Assembly (NCBI GenBank): GCA_965223855.1
Contig: CBDCXM010000009.1
Span: forward strand, 2,304,001 to 2,368,000
Direction of reading: 5' to 3'
DNA length: 64,000 bases
Origin: Candidatus Multivoradales bacterium
Lineage (GTDB): Bacteria; Acidobacteriota; Thermoanaerobaculia; Multivoradales; JAHEKO01
The position numbers were made by a program, and so were the translations under genes. The notes beneath the pieces were generated by a model. It did not search any database, was not told where the DNA came from, and saw only the letters and a list, made by a program, of their open reading frames with translations. Within the stretch, counting starts at the first letter, position 1, and the number at the start of each line of letters is the position of its first letter. Below, in pieces: positions 1 through 10,959 of the stretch.

Positions 1-1080
1 GGCGACACGCGTCGCCACCTGAATCGCCGTCAACAGGCCGTCGCCGGTCGTGCCGAGGCCGAGGTGCACGATGTGCCCAGACTGCTCTCCGCCGAGGGTC
101 AGGCCCCGCTCGCGGAGCGTCTCGACGACGACCCGATCGCCGACGTCGCAGCGAACGACTTCGATCCCGTCGCGACGGAGTGCCTTCTCGAGGCCGAGGT
201 TGCTCATCGAAGTCGCGACGATCTCCATCGGGTCGAGGTCGCCGGAGGCGGCGAGCGCGCGTGCCCACAGGTAGAGCACCGCGTCGCCGTCGACGAGCTC
301 TCCCGACGGCGCGACGAACAGCGCCCGGTCGGCGTCGCCGTCGAAGGCGACACCGAGGTCGTAGGAGCCCTCCGCCACGAGGCTCTGGAGCGTGCCGGGG
401 TGCGTAGAGCCGCAGTCGAAGTTGATGTTGCGGCCGTCGGGCGCATCGGCCATCACCGTCACGTCGGCCCCGAGCGAGGTCAGGAGCTCTGCGGCCCACG
501 GGCTCGCAGCGCCGTTGGCGCAGTCGACGGCGAGCCTCAGCCCGGCGAGGCGCTCGGGGGTGTCGATCGATGTGCCGAGCGACGAGAGATAGCTCGAGAC
601 CCACTCCTGGTCCGCCGTCAGGGTGGGGGAGGGATGCACCTCGTTGGCCACCGACGGTGTCGCTCTCAGCCTCTCTTCCAGGCGGCGCTCGAAGCGGGCT
701 TCGCGCTCGCGCGACCATTTGAAGCCGTCGTCGCCGACCAGCTTGAGGCCGTTGTCCTGCCACGGGTTGTGGCTCGCCGAGACCGCCACGCCGTCACATC
801 CCAGGGCGCGAGCCGCCCAGGCGACCGCCGGTGTCGGCACGGTGCCGAGGAACAGAAGCTCGCACTCCGCGGCAGCGATGCCGGCGGCGAGCCAGCTCGC
901 CAGCAGAGGGGTGCTCTCACGCGTGTCGCCGCCGACGACCACCCGCCGCGACCGGTCCTCTTCCACCAGCATCCGGCCGAGCTCGAGACCGAAGACGGTG
1001 ACGGTCGAGCGATCGAGAGGCGGGTCGCCGAAAGGCCCGCGGAGGCCGTCAGTTCCGAACCGGAGCTGCGTCTTCGTCAT
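1..1080 (-). CDS. glmM: Phosphoglucosamine mutase (3' end runs off the window)
   Basis: Manual translation from ATG at 1080 gives MTKTQLRFGTDGLRG, with the SASHNP active-site and FDGDADR metal-binding motifs; canonical position after cdaA-cdaR. Confidence 0.93.
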   Translation of the reverse strand, partial: MTKTQLRFGTDGLRGPFGDPPLDRSTVTVFGLELGRMLVEEDRSRRVVVGGDTRESTPLLASWLAAGIAAAECELLFLGTVPTPAVAWAARALGCDGVAVSASHNPWQDNGLKLVGDDGFKWSREREARFERRLEERLRATPSVANEVHPSPTLTADQEWVSSYLSSLGTSIDTPERLAGLRLAVDCANGAASPWAAELLTSLGADVTVMADAPDGRNINFDCGSTHPGTLQSLVAEGSYDLGVAFDGDADRALFVAPSGELVDGDAVLYLWARALAASGDLDPMEIVATSMSNLGLEKALRRDGIEVVRCDVGDRVVVETLRERGLTLGGEQSGHIVHLGLGTTGDGLLTAIQVATRVA

Positions 1081-1732
1081 CGGGCTCGACGTTGGGGATG
1101 GCGAGTTCGACCCGCACTTCGACGGTCGTCGGCGCCTGAATCGAGATCAGCGGCTCGGGCGGCCGCACCGCCACCTCCTCGCGGAAGTCGCGGGCGTGGC
1201 CGTTGAGGCTGATCGGTAGCGTCTGTACCGTCTCGAGCAGCTCGAGTCGTGAGGCCGGTCCCTCCACCAGCGTCGTGTTGGGTACGACGCGCCAGCCGAG
1301 CACCTGTGCCCCCGCCGCCGGTTCGCCGGCGAGCTCCGGCTCCACCTGCACGAACTTCGTGACCTGCCGGTCCATCGTCACCTCGATGACGTTCGGCTCG
1401 ACCGACACCAGCTCCAGACCTTCGGGGAGGATGATCTGGTCCTCGCCGATGGCGATCTGGTGAAGCCCCTCCTCCTCGGGCAGGTCGATGACGACGTCGA
1501 CGAGCGGCGAGGTGAGGCTGCGGATCTTGCTCTGCGGCCCGCGGGCGCCGACCCGGACGGACTCGACCCGCTGCAGCAGCAGGTAGTCGGGCGGAGTGTC
1601 GTAGTTGAGCGCCGCCTCGACGACCCGCTCCGACTGCGGCTCGCGCTTCTCGCCGCTGAAGGCGAACCAGGCGAGGCCGGCGAGCGCGAGCGCCAGCAGC
1701 CTCAGCCCCCACCGGCTGGCGACTTCGTTCAT
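1049..1732 (-). CDS. cdaR: CdaR/YbbR-like regulator of diadenylate cyclase
   Basis: N-terminal TM (LRLLALALAGLAWF), YbbR-like beta repeats, lies between cdaA and glmM. Confidence 0.85.
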   Translation of the reverse strand: MNEVASRWGLRLLALALAGLAWFAFSGEKREPQSERVVEAALNYDTPPDYLLLQRVESVRVGARGPQSKIRSLTSPLVDVVIDLPEEEGLHQIAIGEDQIILPEGLELVSVEPNVIEVTMDRQVTKFVQVEPELAGEPAAGAQVLGWRVVPNTTLVEGPASRLELLETVQTLPISLNGHARDFREEVAVRPPEPLISIQAPTTVEVRVELAIPNVEPDDEDAAPVRN

Positions 1733-2517
1733 TCCGGTCTCCCGATCTGCAGGTTCACGTCTCGAATGAGGTACTGATAGAGCTTGTTGCGCAGGCCTCG
1801 CGCATCGAGCCCCTGGAGCAGCTGGCCGCCGAGGGCGATCGAGATGCCGCCCGTCTCCTCGGAGACGACGACGGCCAGAGCATCGGTCTCCTCGGTGATG
1901 CCGACCGCGGCCCGGTGGCGGGTACCGAGCTTCTTGCTGAGGCTGGTGCGAGAGGTCAGCGGCAGAAAGCAGCTCGCCGCGGCGATCCGGTCCTGCTGCA
2001 CGATGGCGGCGCCGTCATGGAGCGGCGTGTCGGGGGAGAAGAGGTTGGTCAGCAGAGAGTGGCTGACCCGGGCGTCGATCTCGACCCCGTTCTCGATGTA
2101 GTCGCGCAGCCCCTGCAGCCGCTGCAGCACGATCAGCGCGCCGGTGCGGGAAGCCGCCAGCGCCGAGGCGGCGAGTTCGACCTCCTCGATCGTCGACTGC
2201 ACCTTGGTCTGGGTACCGAATCCCCACAGCGGGTTGCGGCCGAAGTTCGCCAGCGCCCGCCGGATCTCCTGCTGGAAAAGAACGATGATCGCCAGCGGCA
2301 GCAGGGTGAGGAAGCGCGACAGGAGCGACTGCAGGGTGACCAGCTCGAAAAGGCCCGCGACGTACCAGACGCCGCCGAGGAACAGGATGCCGAGGAGCAC
2401 CTGCACCGCCCTGGTGCCGCGGATGAGGATCAGGAGGTAGTAGATCGCGATGGCGACGAGCAGGATGTCGACGACGTCGCGCCAAGTGACGAGCTCGCTC
2501 CAGGCACCGAGGTTCAT
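1729..2517 (-). CDS. cdaA: Diadenylate cyclase CdaA (c-di-AMP synthase)
   Basis: Start reassigned to MNLGAWSEL (ATG 2517); 3 TMs, then FQQEIRRAL, PLHDGA and LGTRHRAA motifs. Confidence 0.95.
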   Translation of the reverse strand: MNLGAWSELVTWRDVVDILLVAIAIYYLLILIRGTRAVQVLLGILFLGGVWYVAGLFELVTLQSLLSRFLTLLPLAIIVLFQQEIRRALANFGRNPLWGFGTQTKVQSTIEEVELAASALAASRTGALIVLQRLQGLRDYIENGVEIDARVSHSLLTNLFSPDTPLHDGAAIVQQDRIAAASCFLPLTSRTSLSKKLGTRHRAAVGITEETDALAVVVSEETGGISIALGGQLLQGLDARGLRNKLYQYLIRDVNLQIGRPE

Positions 2518-3470
2518 GCGCCGTCTCCCTCGCGCCCTTCGAGCGCTCGCCAGACGTCGAGCAGCTGCCGCGTGGCCGCCACGTCGTGCACCCGCAGGAT
2601 CTCGGCTCGGTGCCGGGCGGCCCACGCCGCGATGGCGAGACTCGCCGGCAGCCGATCTTCCACCGCCGCACCCGTCACGGCGCCGAGGAAGCTCTTGCGG
2701 CTCGCTCCGACCATCACCGGTCCGAGCCGCCGCAGCGCCGGAAGCTCGGCGAGCAGGCGCAGATCGAACTCCGGGGTCTTGCCGAACCCGATCCCCGGAT
2801 CGACGACGATCCGGTCTCTCGCGATACCTGCGGCGAGCGCCCGCTCGACTGCGGCCTGGAGTTCGGCGCACACCTCCGTGACGACGTCGTCGAAGGCGAT
2901 CTCCTTCTGCATCGTCGCCAGGTGTCCCCGGCTGTGCATCAGCACCACCGGGCAGCCGGCGCCCGCCACCACCTCGGCCATGCCGGGATCGGAGAGTGCG
3001 CTGACGTCGTTGACGAGGTCGGCTCCCGAATCGAGCGCCCGTCGAGCGGTCTCCGCCTTGCGGGTATCGACGCTCAGCGCCGCGTCGGTGTGCTGACGCA
3101 GAGCGTCGAGCACCGGAGCGAGCCGCCGCCACTCCTCGGCGGCGTCGACATCGCTCGCACCGTCGCCGTAGACCCCGCCGCCCGGCCTCGTCGACTCCGC
3201 TCCGAGATCGAGAGCGTCGGCGCCCTCCTCGAGGAGCCTCAGCCCCTGCTCGACCGCCCGGTCCGCCTCGAGGTAGCGCCCTCCGTCGGAGAACGAGTCC
3301 GGCGTGATGTTGACGACGCCGAAGACGAGGGGGGTGCCGCCGAAGGCGAGGTGGCGACCGCCGCGCAGCGCGAGTCCAGGGGCGGTCGGCCCGCCGGCAG
3401 CGCTGGTGCTCCCGGCGGCCTCCGCTCCCACTCCCGTCACCGCCCTTTCGAGCGCCGCCTCACTCTGCAC
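2514..3470 (-). CDS. folP: Dihydropteroate synthase
   Basis: GVVNITPDSFSDGG, GAESTRPG, DPGIGFGK, SRKSFLG and RVHDV motifs; exact start uncertain. Confidence 0.95.
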   Translation of the reverse strand: MQSEAALERAVTGVGAEAAGSTSAAGGPTAPGLALRGGRHLAFGGTPLVFGVVNITPDSFSDGGRYLEADRAVEQGLRLLEEGADALDLGAESTRPGGGVYGDGASDVDAAEEWRRLAPVLDALRQHTDAALSVDTRKAETARRALDSGADLVNDVSALSDPGMAEVVAGAGCPVVLMHSRGHLATMQKEIAFDDVVTEVCAELQAAVERALAAGIARDRIVVDPGIGFGKTPEFDLRLLAELPALRRLGPVMVGASRKSFLGAVTGAAVEDRLPASLAIAAWAARHRAEILRVHDVAATRQLLDVWRALEGREGDGA

Positions 3471-3474
3471 CGGG

Positions 3475-5441
<1,967 letters not shown>

Positions 5442-5445
<4 letters not shown>

Positions 5446-7022
5446 GGTGCTGTCCTTGGGGGATTCAGGTCGTTGCTCGGGGTGGAGGAGGGTGACGGCG
5501 CGCTCGAGGGCGTCAACAGCTCGGCGACCCAGAAACGCTGCTCGTTCTCTTGTCCGTCGCCGGCGTTCGTTCGGATTCGGCGGCGATCGTCGATCGTGAC
5601 TCCCGGAACCCAGGCGACACGATCCTCGACGATCAACAGCGGCAGGGCGTCCCGGTCTTCCCGCGGGAAGCGACGGTCGATCAGCACGTCCTTGAGCTTG
5701 CGCTCGTAGGAGCAGCCGAGGGGACGGATCCGGTCTCCGGGTCTTCGATTGCGAATCTGCACGACATCACCTTCCACCAGGGGAAGTTCCAGGGCGGCTC
5801 GGGTCCGCGAGCCCTCGAACATCCATGGCTCGCGAGGCCGCCTGGTGATGCGCATCACCTTCCCGATCTCGGGAATCGAGACCTCCCCCGGCACCGCTAG
5901 TCTACAGGAGAAGGGGATCGGCTCTCCGGCGCGCCCGGCCGGCGCCCGGACCAGCCTCAGCCGCGGTTCGAGCCGCCCCTCGAGCCCGGCTCCGGCCCCC
6001 TGCTCGACCTCCCATCTCCAGCCGTCGCCGCAGTCACATCCGACCACCTCGTCTCTCGACAGCTGGCGCTCCAGCTCGGCCACCGCGTCCCTGCGAGGGG
6101 CCGGGCCGGCTCCGGCGGCGCGGTGCAGCCGGGCGAGCGCCCAGGTGCGGAGCGGCGAGGGCAGGGCACGCCAACCTTCGAGCCCGAAATCGGCTCCGCC
6201 GTCCGTGGCCTGCACGGGGAGCCGCTCCTCGAGAAGGCGATCCACCTTGCGGGAAGCGGCGCGAGCGAGGCGGGCGATCCGTGCGAGCCGGTCGAGCCCC
6301 GGCCTCTTCATTTCGAGACCGGGCGTTTCGAAACCGGGCGCTTCGGAACCGGACTCCGCCGCCTCCAGAGCCGGCCGCAGCCGCTCGCGAACGAGGTTGC
6401 GCGGCCGCCTCAGGTCGGCGTTGCCGGGGTCGTCGATCGCTTCGAGGCCGCCCTCCTCGACCAGTGCGAGAAGGTGGCGACGGGGCCGGTCCAGCAGCGG
6501 CCGCACGATCCGACCGCGCACCGCTGCCATCGCACCGATACCGGCGAGGCCGGAGCCGTAGAGCAGACGCAGCAGCACGGTCTCGACCTGGTCGTCGCGG
6601 TGGTGGGCGACGGCGATCCAGCGCGCGTCGAAGCGCTGCCGGCAGGCTTCGAGGAACTCGTAGCGTTGCCGCCGCCACCAGGCCTCGAGGCCTTCGCTCC
6701 GCGCATCGGTCGATGGCCGGTCGAGGCGCTCGCTCACGAAGGTGACGCCGCAGGCAGCGGCCAGGCGCTCGGCCCTGTGCATGCGGCTGGAGGAGCCCTC
6801 GTCGCCCCCGTGGTCGAGGTGCGCGGCGATCGGGACGAGCGGCAGCCGCTGCGACGCCCGAGTGAGCGCCAGCAGCAGCGCCAGCGAGTCCGGGCCGCCC
6901 GAGAAGCCGACGACGACCGGCGTCGTGCCGGACGGCGTCGTTCCAGGCGATCGCAGCAGGCGCGAGAAGAAACGCTCCACGGCAGCGACCAGGTCGTCGG
7001 TCGAGCGTCGCTGCGCGATCAT
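5442..7022 (-). CDS. tilS: tRNA(Ile)-lysidine synthetase
   Basis: PP-loop [25 protein letters not shown], TilS C-terminal [11 protein letters not shown]...KLKDVLID. Confidence 0.95.
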
Positions 7023-7042
7023 CGCCGCGGGGACTGTCGATT

Positions 7043-7119
7043 TGGTGGCGGTGAAGGGACTTGAACCCCTGACCTAGCGGTTATGAGCCGCTCGCTCTAA
7101 CCACCTGAGCTACACCGCC
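7043..7119 (-). tRNA. tRNA with CAU anticodon (probably tRNA-Ile2; elongator tRNA-Met not excluded)
   Basis: Reverse complement GGCGGTGTAGCTCAGGTGGTTAGAGCGAGCGGCTCATAACCGCTAGGTCAGGGGTTCAAGTCCCTTCACCGCCACCA folds as a cloverleaf; 1-72 paired, so not the initiator; encoded CCA. Confidence 0.93.
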
Positions 7120-7250
7120 GTGGAAGGGCCGCGCGGCTTCGGGGCCGCCGCGGCGGGGCGAAGTATAGACGTTCCGTCGTCGAAAGCGTAGCGGCCCGGG
7201 GGCCCTCTCCCAAGCCCCCGACCGCACCGGCCTTCGAAGGAACGCGGCGT

Positions 7251-7565
7251 CTAGCCGAGCTTGCCGTCGAAGTGGCTGAACTCGCCGAAGAAGCGCTTGG
7301 CGGAGTAGGCCATCGCCTCCGGATTGAGCGAATAGATGACCTGCTGGCCACGCCGCTCGTCGATGACGAGGTTGGCCTCCTTGAGAACGGAGAGGTGGCG
7401 CGAGATCGTCGGCTGCGCGAGCCCGAAGTTGCTCACGATCTCGCCGACGCTGTGCTCTCCGCGCTCGAGGATCTGCAGGATGTTGCGGCGCGTCTCGTCG
7501 GAGAGAGCCTTGAAAAATTTGTTGAGCTCGCGACCCAGTTGGCGGGCCTGCATGTTGTCCCTCAT
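7251..7565 (-). CDS. ArsR/SmtB family transcriptional regulator (no cysteines)
   Basis: FKALSDETRRNILQIL...SVGEIVSNFGLAQPTISRHLSVLKEANLV..ERRGQQVIYSL winged HTH. Confidence 0.92.
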   Translation of the reverse strand: MRDNMQARQLGRELNKFFKALSDETRRNILQILERGEHSVGEIVSNFGLAQPTISRHLSVLKEANLVIDERRGQQVIYSLNPEAMAYSAKRFFGEFSHFDGKLG

Positions 7566-7665
7566 GGTCTTGACGGTCCTCTTGGTAGGTGGAGCGTGAA
7601 CGATGTCCGGCCAGGAGCCCCCTGGACCGGAGCGCCCGTGCGGGCTTATCTACAGTTGTCTGTGG

Positions 7666-7681
7666 AGCAAAGTGCGTGCCA
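7666..7681 (-). promoter_or_regulatory. Sigma-54 (-24/-12) promoter upstream of the ArsR gene
   Basis: Reverse complement TGGCACGCACTTTGCT matches TGGCACG-N4-TTGCW exactly, about 100 bp upstream of the start. Confidence 0.75.
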
Positions 7682-7876
7682 CTCCTGAATCCGATCGGCA
7701 GAAGTCACGATCTGCGGAGCAGCCCGCCCCGAGGGTGCACCTCGGGGCGCCGCCGGGAGGAAGGGAGCAGTCAAGAACGGCGGAAGCGCCGAAAATGCGG
7801 TGGTTCTTCTGAAATAACGGCGGTTTCCGCCGATCTTGAGCCGCTCAGGGCGCCGATTTCGGGCGCCGGGGCGCTT

Positions 7877-8482
7877 TCAGGTCGCGTCGGCGAAGCGCCG
7901 GGACACCGCTTCCCAGTCGACCACCTCGAACCACGCCGAGACGTAGTCCGGCCGACGGTTCTGATAGTGGAGGTAATAGGCGTGTTCCCAGACATCGAGT
8001 CCGAGAATCGGACGGTTTCCGTCCATCACGGGGGTGTCCTGGTTCGGCGTGGACGAAACTTCGAGGGTGCCGTCGCCCGTCACGCTCAGCCAGGCCCAGC
8101 CGGAGCCGAAGCGGGTCGCGGCCGCCTTGGCGAAGCTCTCGCGGAAGGCATCGAAGCCGCCGAGGTCGCGATCGATGGCGGCGGCGAGATCACCACTCGG
8201 AGTTCCGCCGCCGTTCGGGCTCATGATCTGCCAGAAGAGCGAGTGGTTGGCGTGCCCGCCGCCGTTGTTGCGAACGGCGGTCCGGATCGACTCCGGCAGG
8301 GAGTCGAGGTTCGCGAGCAGCTCGTCGAGCGGCAGGTTCGCGGCGTCGTGCCCGTCGAGCGCGTTGTTCAGGTTGGCGACGTAGGCGGCGTGGTGCTTGC
8401 CGTGGTGGATCTCCATCGTACGCGCGTCGATGTGCGGCTCGAGGGCGTCGTGGGCGTAGGGAAGGTCGGGTAGCTGATGCAT
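7877..8482 (-). CDS. sodA: Superoxide dismutase, Mn-type signature
   Basis: [26 protein letters not shown] and DVWEHAYY motifs. Confidence 0.95.
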   Translation of the reverse strand: MHQLPDLPYAHDALEPHIDARTMEIHHGKHHAAYVANLNNALDGHDAANLPLDELLANLDSLPESIRTAVRNNGGGHANHSLFWQIMSPNGGGTPSGDLAAAIDRDLGGFDAFRESFAKAAATRFGSGWAWLSVTGDGTLEVSSTPNQDTPVMDGNRPILGLDVWEHAYYLHYQNRRPDYVSAWFEVVDWEAVSRRFADAT

Positions 8483-8542
8483 CCTTGGCTCCTGTCTTTG
8501 GAATCGATCGCTCGCAGACCGACGGGTCGCGGCGACAGGTCG

Positions 8543-10141
8543 TTACGGTGTCGGTACGTTGCCGCGCCAGAACTCGCGGGCGTAGGCGTAGGCCTGGCGA
8601 CCGATGCGGCGGCCGAGAACCCGGCCCCTGAGGTCGCCGTCCTGGAAGTGAATCCCCCCGTAGAGACGGGAAATGCCGGCCTCGTTGGCGGCATCGATCA
8701 TGTTGCGCCAGCGTAGCACCACGGTTTCGGCCGGCGTGCCGGACTCGACGCGCAGGCTGCCCGCGATCTGGATGTGCTCGCCGAGCTTGTCGATCTCGCC
8801 GTCGCCGTCGTAGTCGTCGTCGAGACGGGTCACGCCGTCGTAGAGCCGGTCGCTACCGGCGAACGCCTTGAGCACCTCACGGGCGGCGCGGCTGAAGGTC
8901 GAGTGTCCGGAGACGTACTCGGCGAACGGCGGCGTGACGAAGGTGAGCTCCTGGAACGGTCGCCAGTCGTAGCCGCGAATCCGCTGCGTCCCCTGGTTGG
9001 GGCCGCCCCAGGCGTCGATCCGCTGGTTGCGGTACTTGTCCCGGACCGCGGACTCCGGGCGCACGAAGTCGTAGTGGCGCTTCGCCTCCCAGGCCGCGAT
9101 GCCGGCGTCGAGCAGGGCGCCGTTGAGAGCGAAGAACATCCGTGCGTCGTCGGCGACGTTGTGACGGTCGCGAATGGAGATGCCCTGGGCGACCTGATTC
9201 CAGTGGCCCGGCGGGGTCCAGGTCCGCGGGCCGTCGGCCCAGAACTCGGCGATCACCTTCTGCTTGTCGGTCAGTGCCGCCTGGATCGCGACCACTTCGT
9301 CGGTCTGGCTGTTCCACGCCTCGTCGTGCGTCGACAGGCGGCCCCGGGCGTCGACGTAGGGTGCCGTCGAGTAGCGCTGCGGCGGACCCGGCGGCCTGAA
9401 CTGATGGCCCGAGGTCATGGAGAACGGCTCGACCGCCCCCCAGTGCGGCGTGAGGAACTTCTGATCGGTGTAGGTCGACGGATCGTCGTTGTCGATGATC
9501 GCGTTGCCCTCGGCGTCGACCAGAGTTCCGTTGGCGACCCTCAGCGGCTGCCAGTGGTTGGGATCGAAGTCGCTTCCGCCCGGGGCGGCCGACGACTCGG
9601 GGTCGGGGGAGTTCTTCGGTGCGTAGGGGACCGGGTAGGTCGAAGAGGTGAGCTCCTGGAAGCCGCGCCGCGCGTTCGAGCCGTCGCGGTATCGCTCGGC
9701 GAGTACCCTTGCCGCGACGACGTTGCCGACGCCGGCGGGGGTCGTCACGTCGCTGGTGTTGTTGCCGGGGTCGTAGCCGAGGTCGCGCATCGCCTGCCGG
9801 AAGAGAGGGCGCTGGTTCGGGTAGATCCGACTCAGCACGCGATAGGCCGCATAGCTGACCGCCTCCTCCCGGTTGGCCCGGTTGAATTCGTCGGCCGGCC
9901 GCTTGTAGTCGTTGCCGGTGACGTAGCCGTAGGGCCGCGGATGGTAGGCGGCCCACGCGTCGTAGACCGCGGTGCTGAGAACGAAGAATCTCCAGGTCGT
10001 CGCCGTCGGGTCGGCGGAGTTCCGCGTCACGGCGTCGAGGGCGATGCGGTTCCAGTCGACGACCACCGAAGCAGCCTGCGTTGCGGGGGCACAAAGCGCG
10101 GCGACGACGAGGAGAGCGGACAGACGGAGCTTGAGCGGCAT
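8543..10141 (-). CDS. Secreted vanadium-dependent haloperoxidase (PAP2 superfamily)
   Basis: Start reassigned to MPLKLRLS (signal peptide); WEAKRHYDFVRP, PPFAEYVSGHS and SRLYGGIHF vanadate-binding motifs. Confidence 0.88.
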   Translation of the reverse strand: MPLKLRLSALLVVAALCAPATQAASVVVDWNRIALDAVTRNSADPTATTWRFFVLSTAVYDAWAAYHPRPYGYVTGNDYKRPADEFNRANREEAVSYAAYRVLSRIYPNQRPLFRQAMRDLGYDPGNNTSDVTTPAGVGNVVAARVLAERYRDGSNARRGFQELTSSTYPVPYAPKNSPDPESSAAPGGSDFDPNHWQPLRVANGTLVDAEGNAIIDNDDPSTYTDQKFLTPHWGAVEPFSMTSGHQFRPPGPPQRYSTAPYVDARGRLSTHDEAWNSQTDEVVAIQAALTDKQKVIAEFWADGPRTWTPPGHWNQVAQGISIRDRHNVADDARMFFALNGALLDAGIAAWEAKRHYDFVRPESAVRDKYRNQRIDAWGGPNQGTQRIRGYDWRPFQELTFVTPPFAEYVSGHSTFSRAAREVLKAFAGSDRLYDGVTRLDDDYDGDGEIDKLGEHIQIAGSLRVESGTPAETVVLRWRNMIDAANEAGISRLYGGIHFQDGDLRGRVLGRRIGRQAYAYAREFWRGNVPTP

Positions 10142-10315
10142 CGAGGTCTCCCAGCGAAGGTGAGGGGTGCGGCGGTAGACGGAGCCGGTTGGCGTCGTCG
10201 GGATCCGGCGGCGGCCGATCGGGGAGAGAAGATTGTAGTGAGCGCCGAAAACCCGGGTCAAGGAAGCGGCCGCCCGGGTCGTTCGGCTCCGGTCTCGTGC
10301 GCCCTGAAACGCGCG

Positions 10316-10344
10316 TTGACTTCGAACGGGCGCTTCCATACTAT
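10316..10344 (+). promoter_or_regulatory. Sigma-70 promoter of the tRNA-Val/tRNA-Asp/rpmG unit
   Basis: TTGACT-17 bp-TACTAT followed by a GC-rich discriminator. Confidence 0.7.
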
Positions 10345-10360
10345 TTGCCGGCCCCGAACG

Positions 10361-10435
10361 GGGAGGTTAGCTCAGTGGGAGAGCATCTGCCTTACACGCA
10401 GAGGGTCGGGGGTTCAAATCCCTCACCTCCCACCA
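10361..10435 (+). tRNA. tRNA-Val(TAC)
   Basis: GGGAGGT acceptor stem, anticodon loop CTTACAC, GGTTCAAATCC T-arm, CCA end. Confidence 0.96.
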
Positions 10436-10488
10436 ACGGCGCTACGCCGGGCCGGCCTCCTCACGAGGGCTGACTTTCGGGTCAATGC

Positions 10489-10565
10489 GGGGTCGTAGTT
10501 CAGCTGGTTAGAATGCCGGCCTGTCACGCCGGAGGTCGCGGGTTCGAATCCCGTCGGCCCCGCCA
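10489..10565 (+). tRNA. tRNA-Asp(GTC)
   Basis: GGGGTCG acceptor stem, anticodon loop CTGTCAC, GGTTCGAATCC T-arm, GCCA end. Confidence 0.96.
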
Positions 10566-10577
10566 ATCACCACAGCT

Positions 10578-10630
10578 CTGGACACACAGCCCAGGACCCA
10601 CAAACAGGGCCCACACTTCAGGACACAGAA
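10578..10630 (+). repeat. Degenerate 13-14 nt tandem repeat (x4) in the rpmG leader
   Basis: ctggacacacagcc / caggacccacaaa / cagggcccacactt / caggacacagaa starting at 10578, 10592, 10605 and 10619. Confidence 0.5.
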
Positions 10631-10632
10631 CG

Positions 10633-10788
10633 ATGCGCGACAAGATCAAGTTGGTTTCGAGTGCCGGTACCGGTTACTTCTACACCACCGACAAGAACAA
10701 GCGGCTCCAGCAGGGCAAGCTGACGCTCAAGAAGTACGACCCGAAGGTCCGCAAGCACGTCGAGTTCGTCGAAGAGAAGCTGAGGTAG
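10633..10788 (+). CDS. rpmG: 50S ribosomal protein L33 (zinc-free form)
   Basis: [24 protein letters not shown]...[23 protein letters not shown]. Confidence 0.97.
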   Translation: MRDKIKLVSSAGTGYFYTTDKNKRLQQGKLTLKKYDPKVRKHVEFVEEKLR

Positions 10789-10843
10789 CGACGGCGGCGG
10801 GCCGGGAGCCCGCGCCCGTGTGCTAACCTCACGAGGTCTGTCG

Positions 10844-10876
10844 CGCCGAGCGCCTGTCGCTCGGCGCTTTGCGTTT
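10844..10876 (+). terminator. Probable rho-independent terminator after rpmG
   Basis: gcgccgagcg-cctgt-cgctcggcgc stem followed by tttgcgttt. Confidence 0.6.
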
Positions 10877-10959
10877 GAGAACAGCGTCCAAGAACGCAGC
10901 GTTCAAGGACGCCGGTTGCAGGGTCTTGCGCCCTCCACTCCACCGAAAAGGAGTGGAAG

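Noticed and set aside
1729-3132. Long N-terminal extensions in the ORF track for cdaA, kdsD, rpmG, tusA, the haloperoxidase, the RAYT and ORF 50634-53138
   Set aside because: The extensions overlap upstream genes or tRNAs and are low-complexity Arg/Gly/Ala; downstream starts fit the family N-termini.
10520-10530. CTGTCAC / GTGACAG matches in tRNA-Asp and inside CDSs (about 25690, 42196, 47428, 54936)
   Set aside because: Only the 7-9 bp core matches, without the ACTC/GAGT flanks or a partner arm; explained by anticodon or coding constraints.
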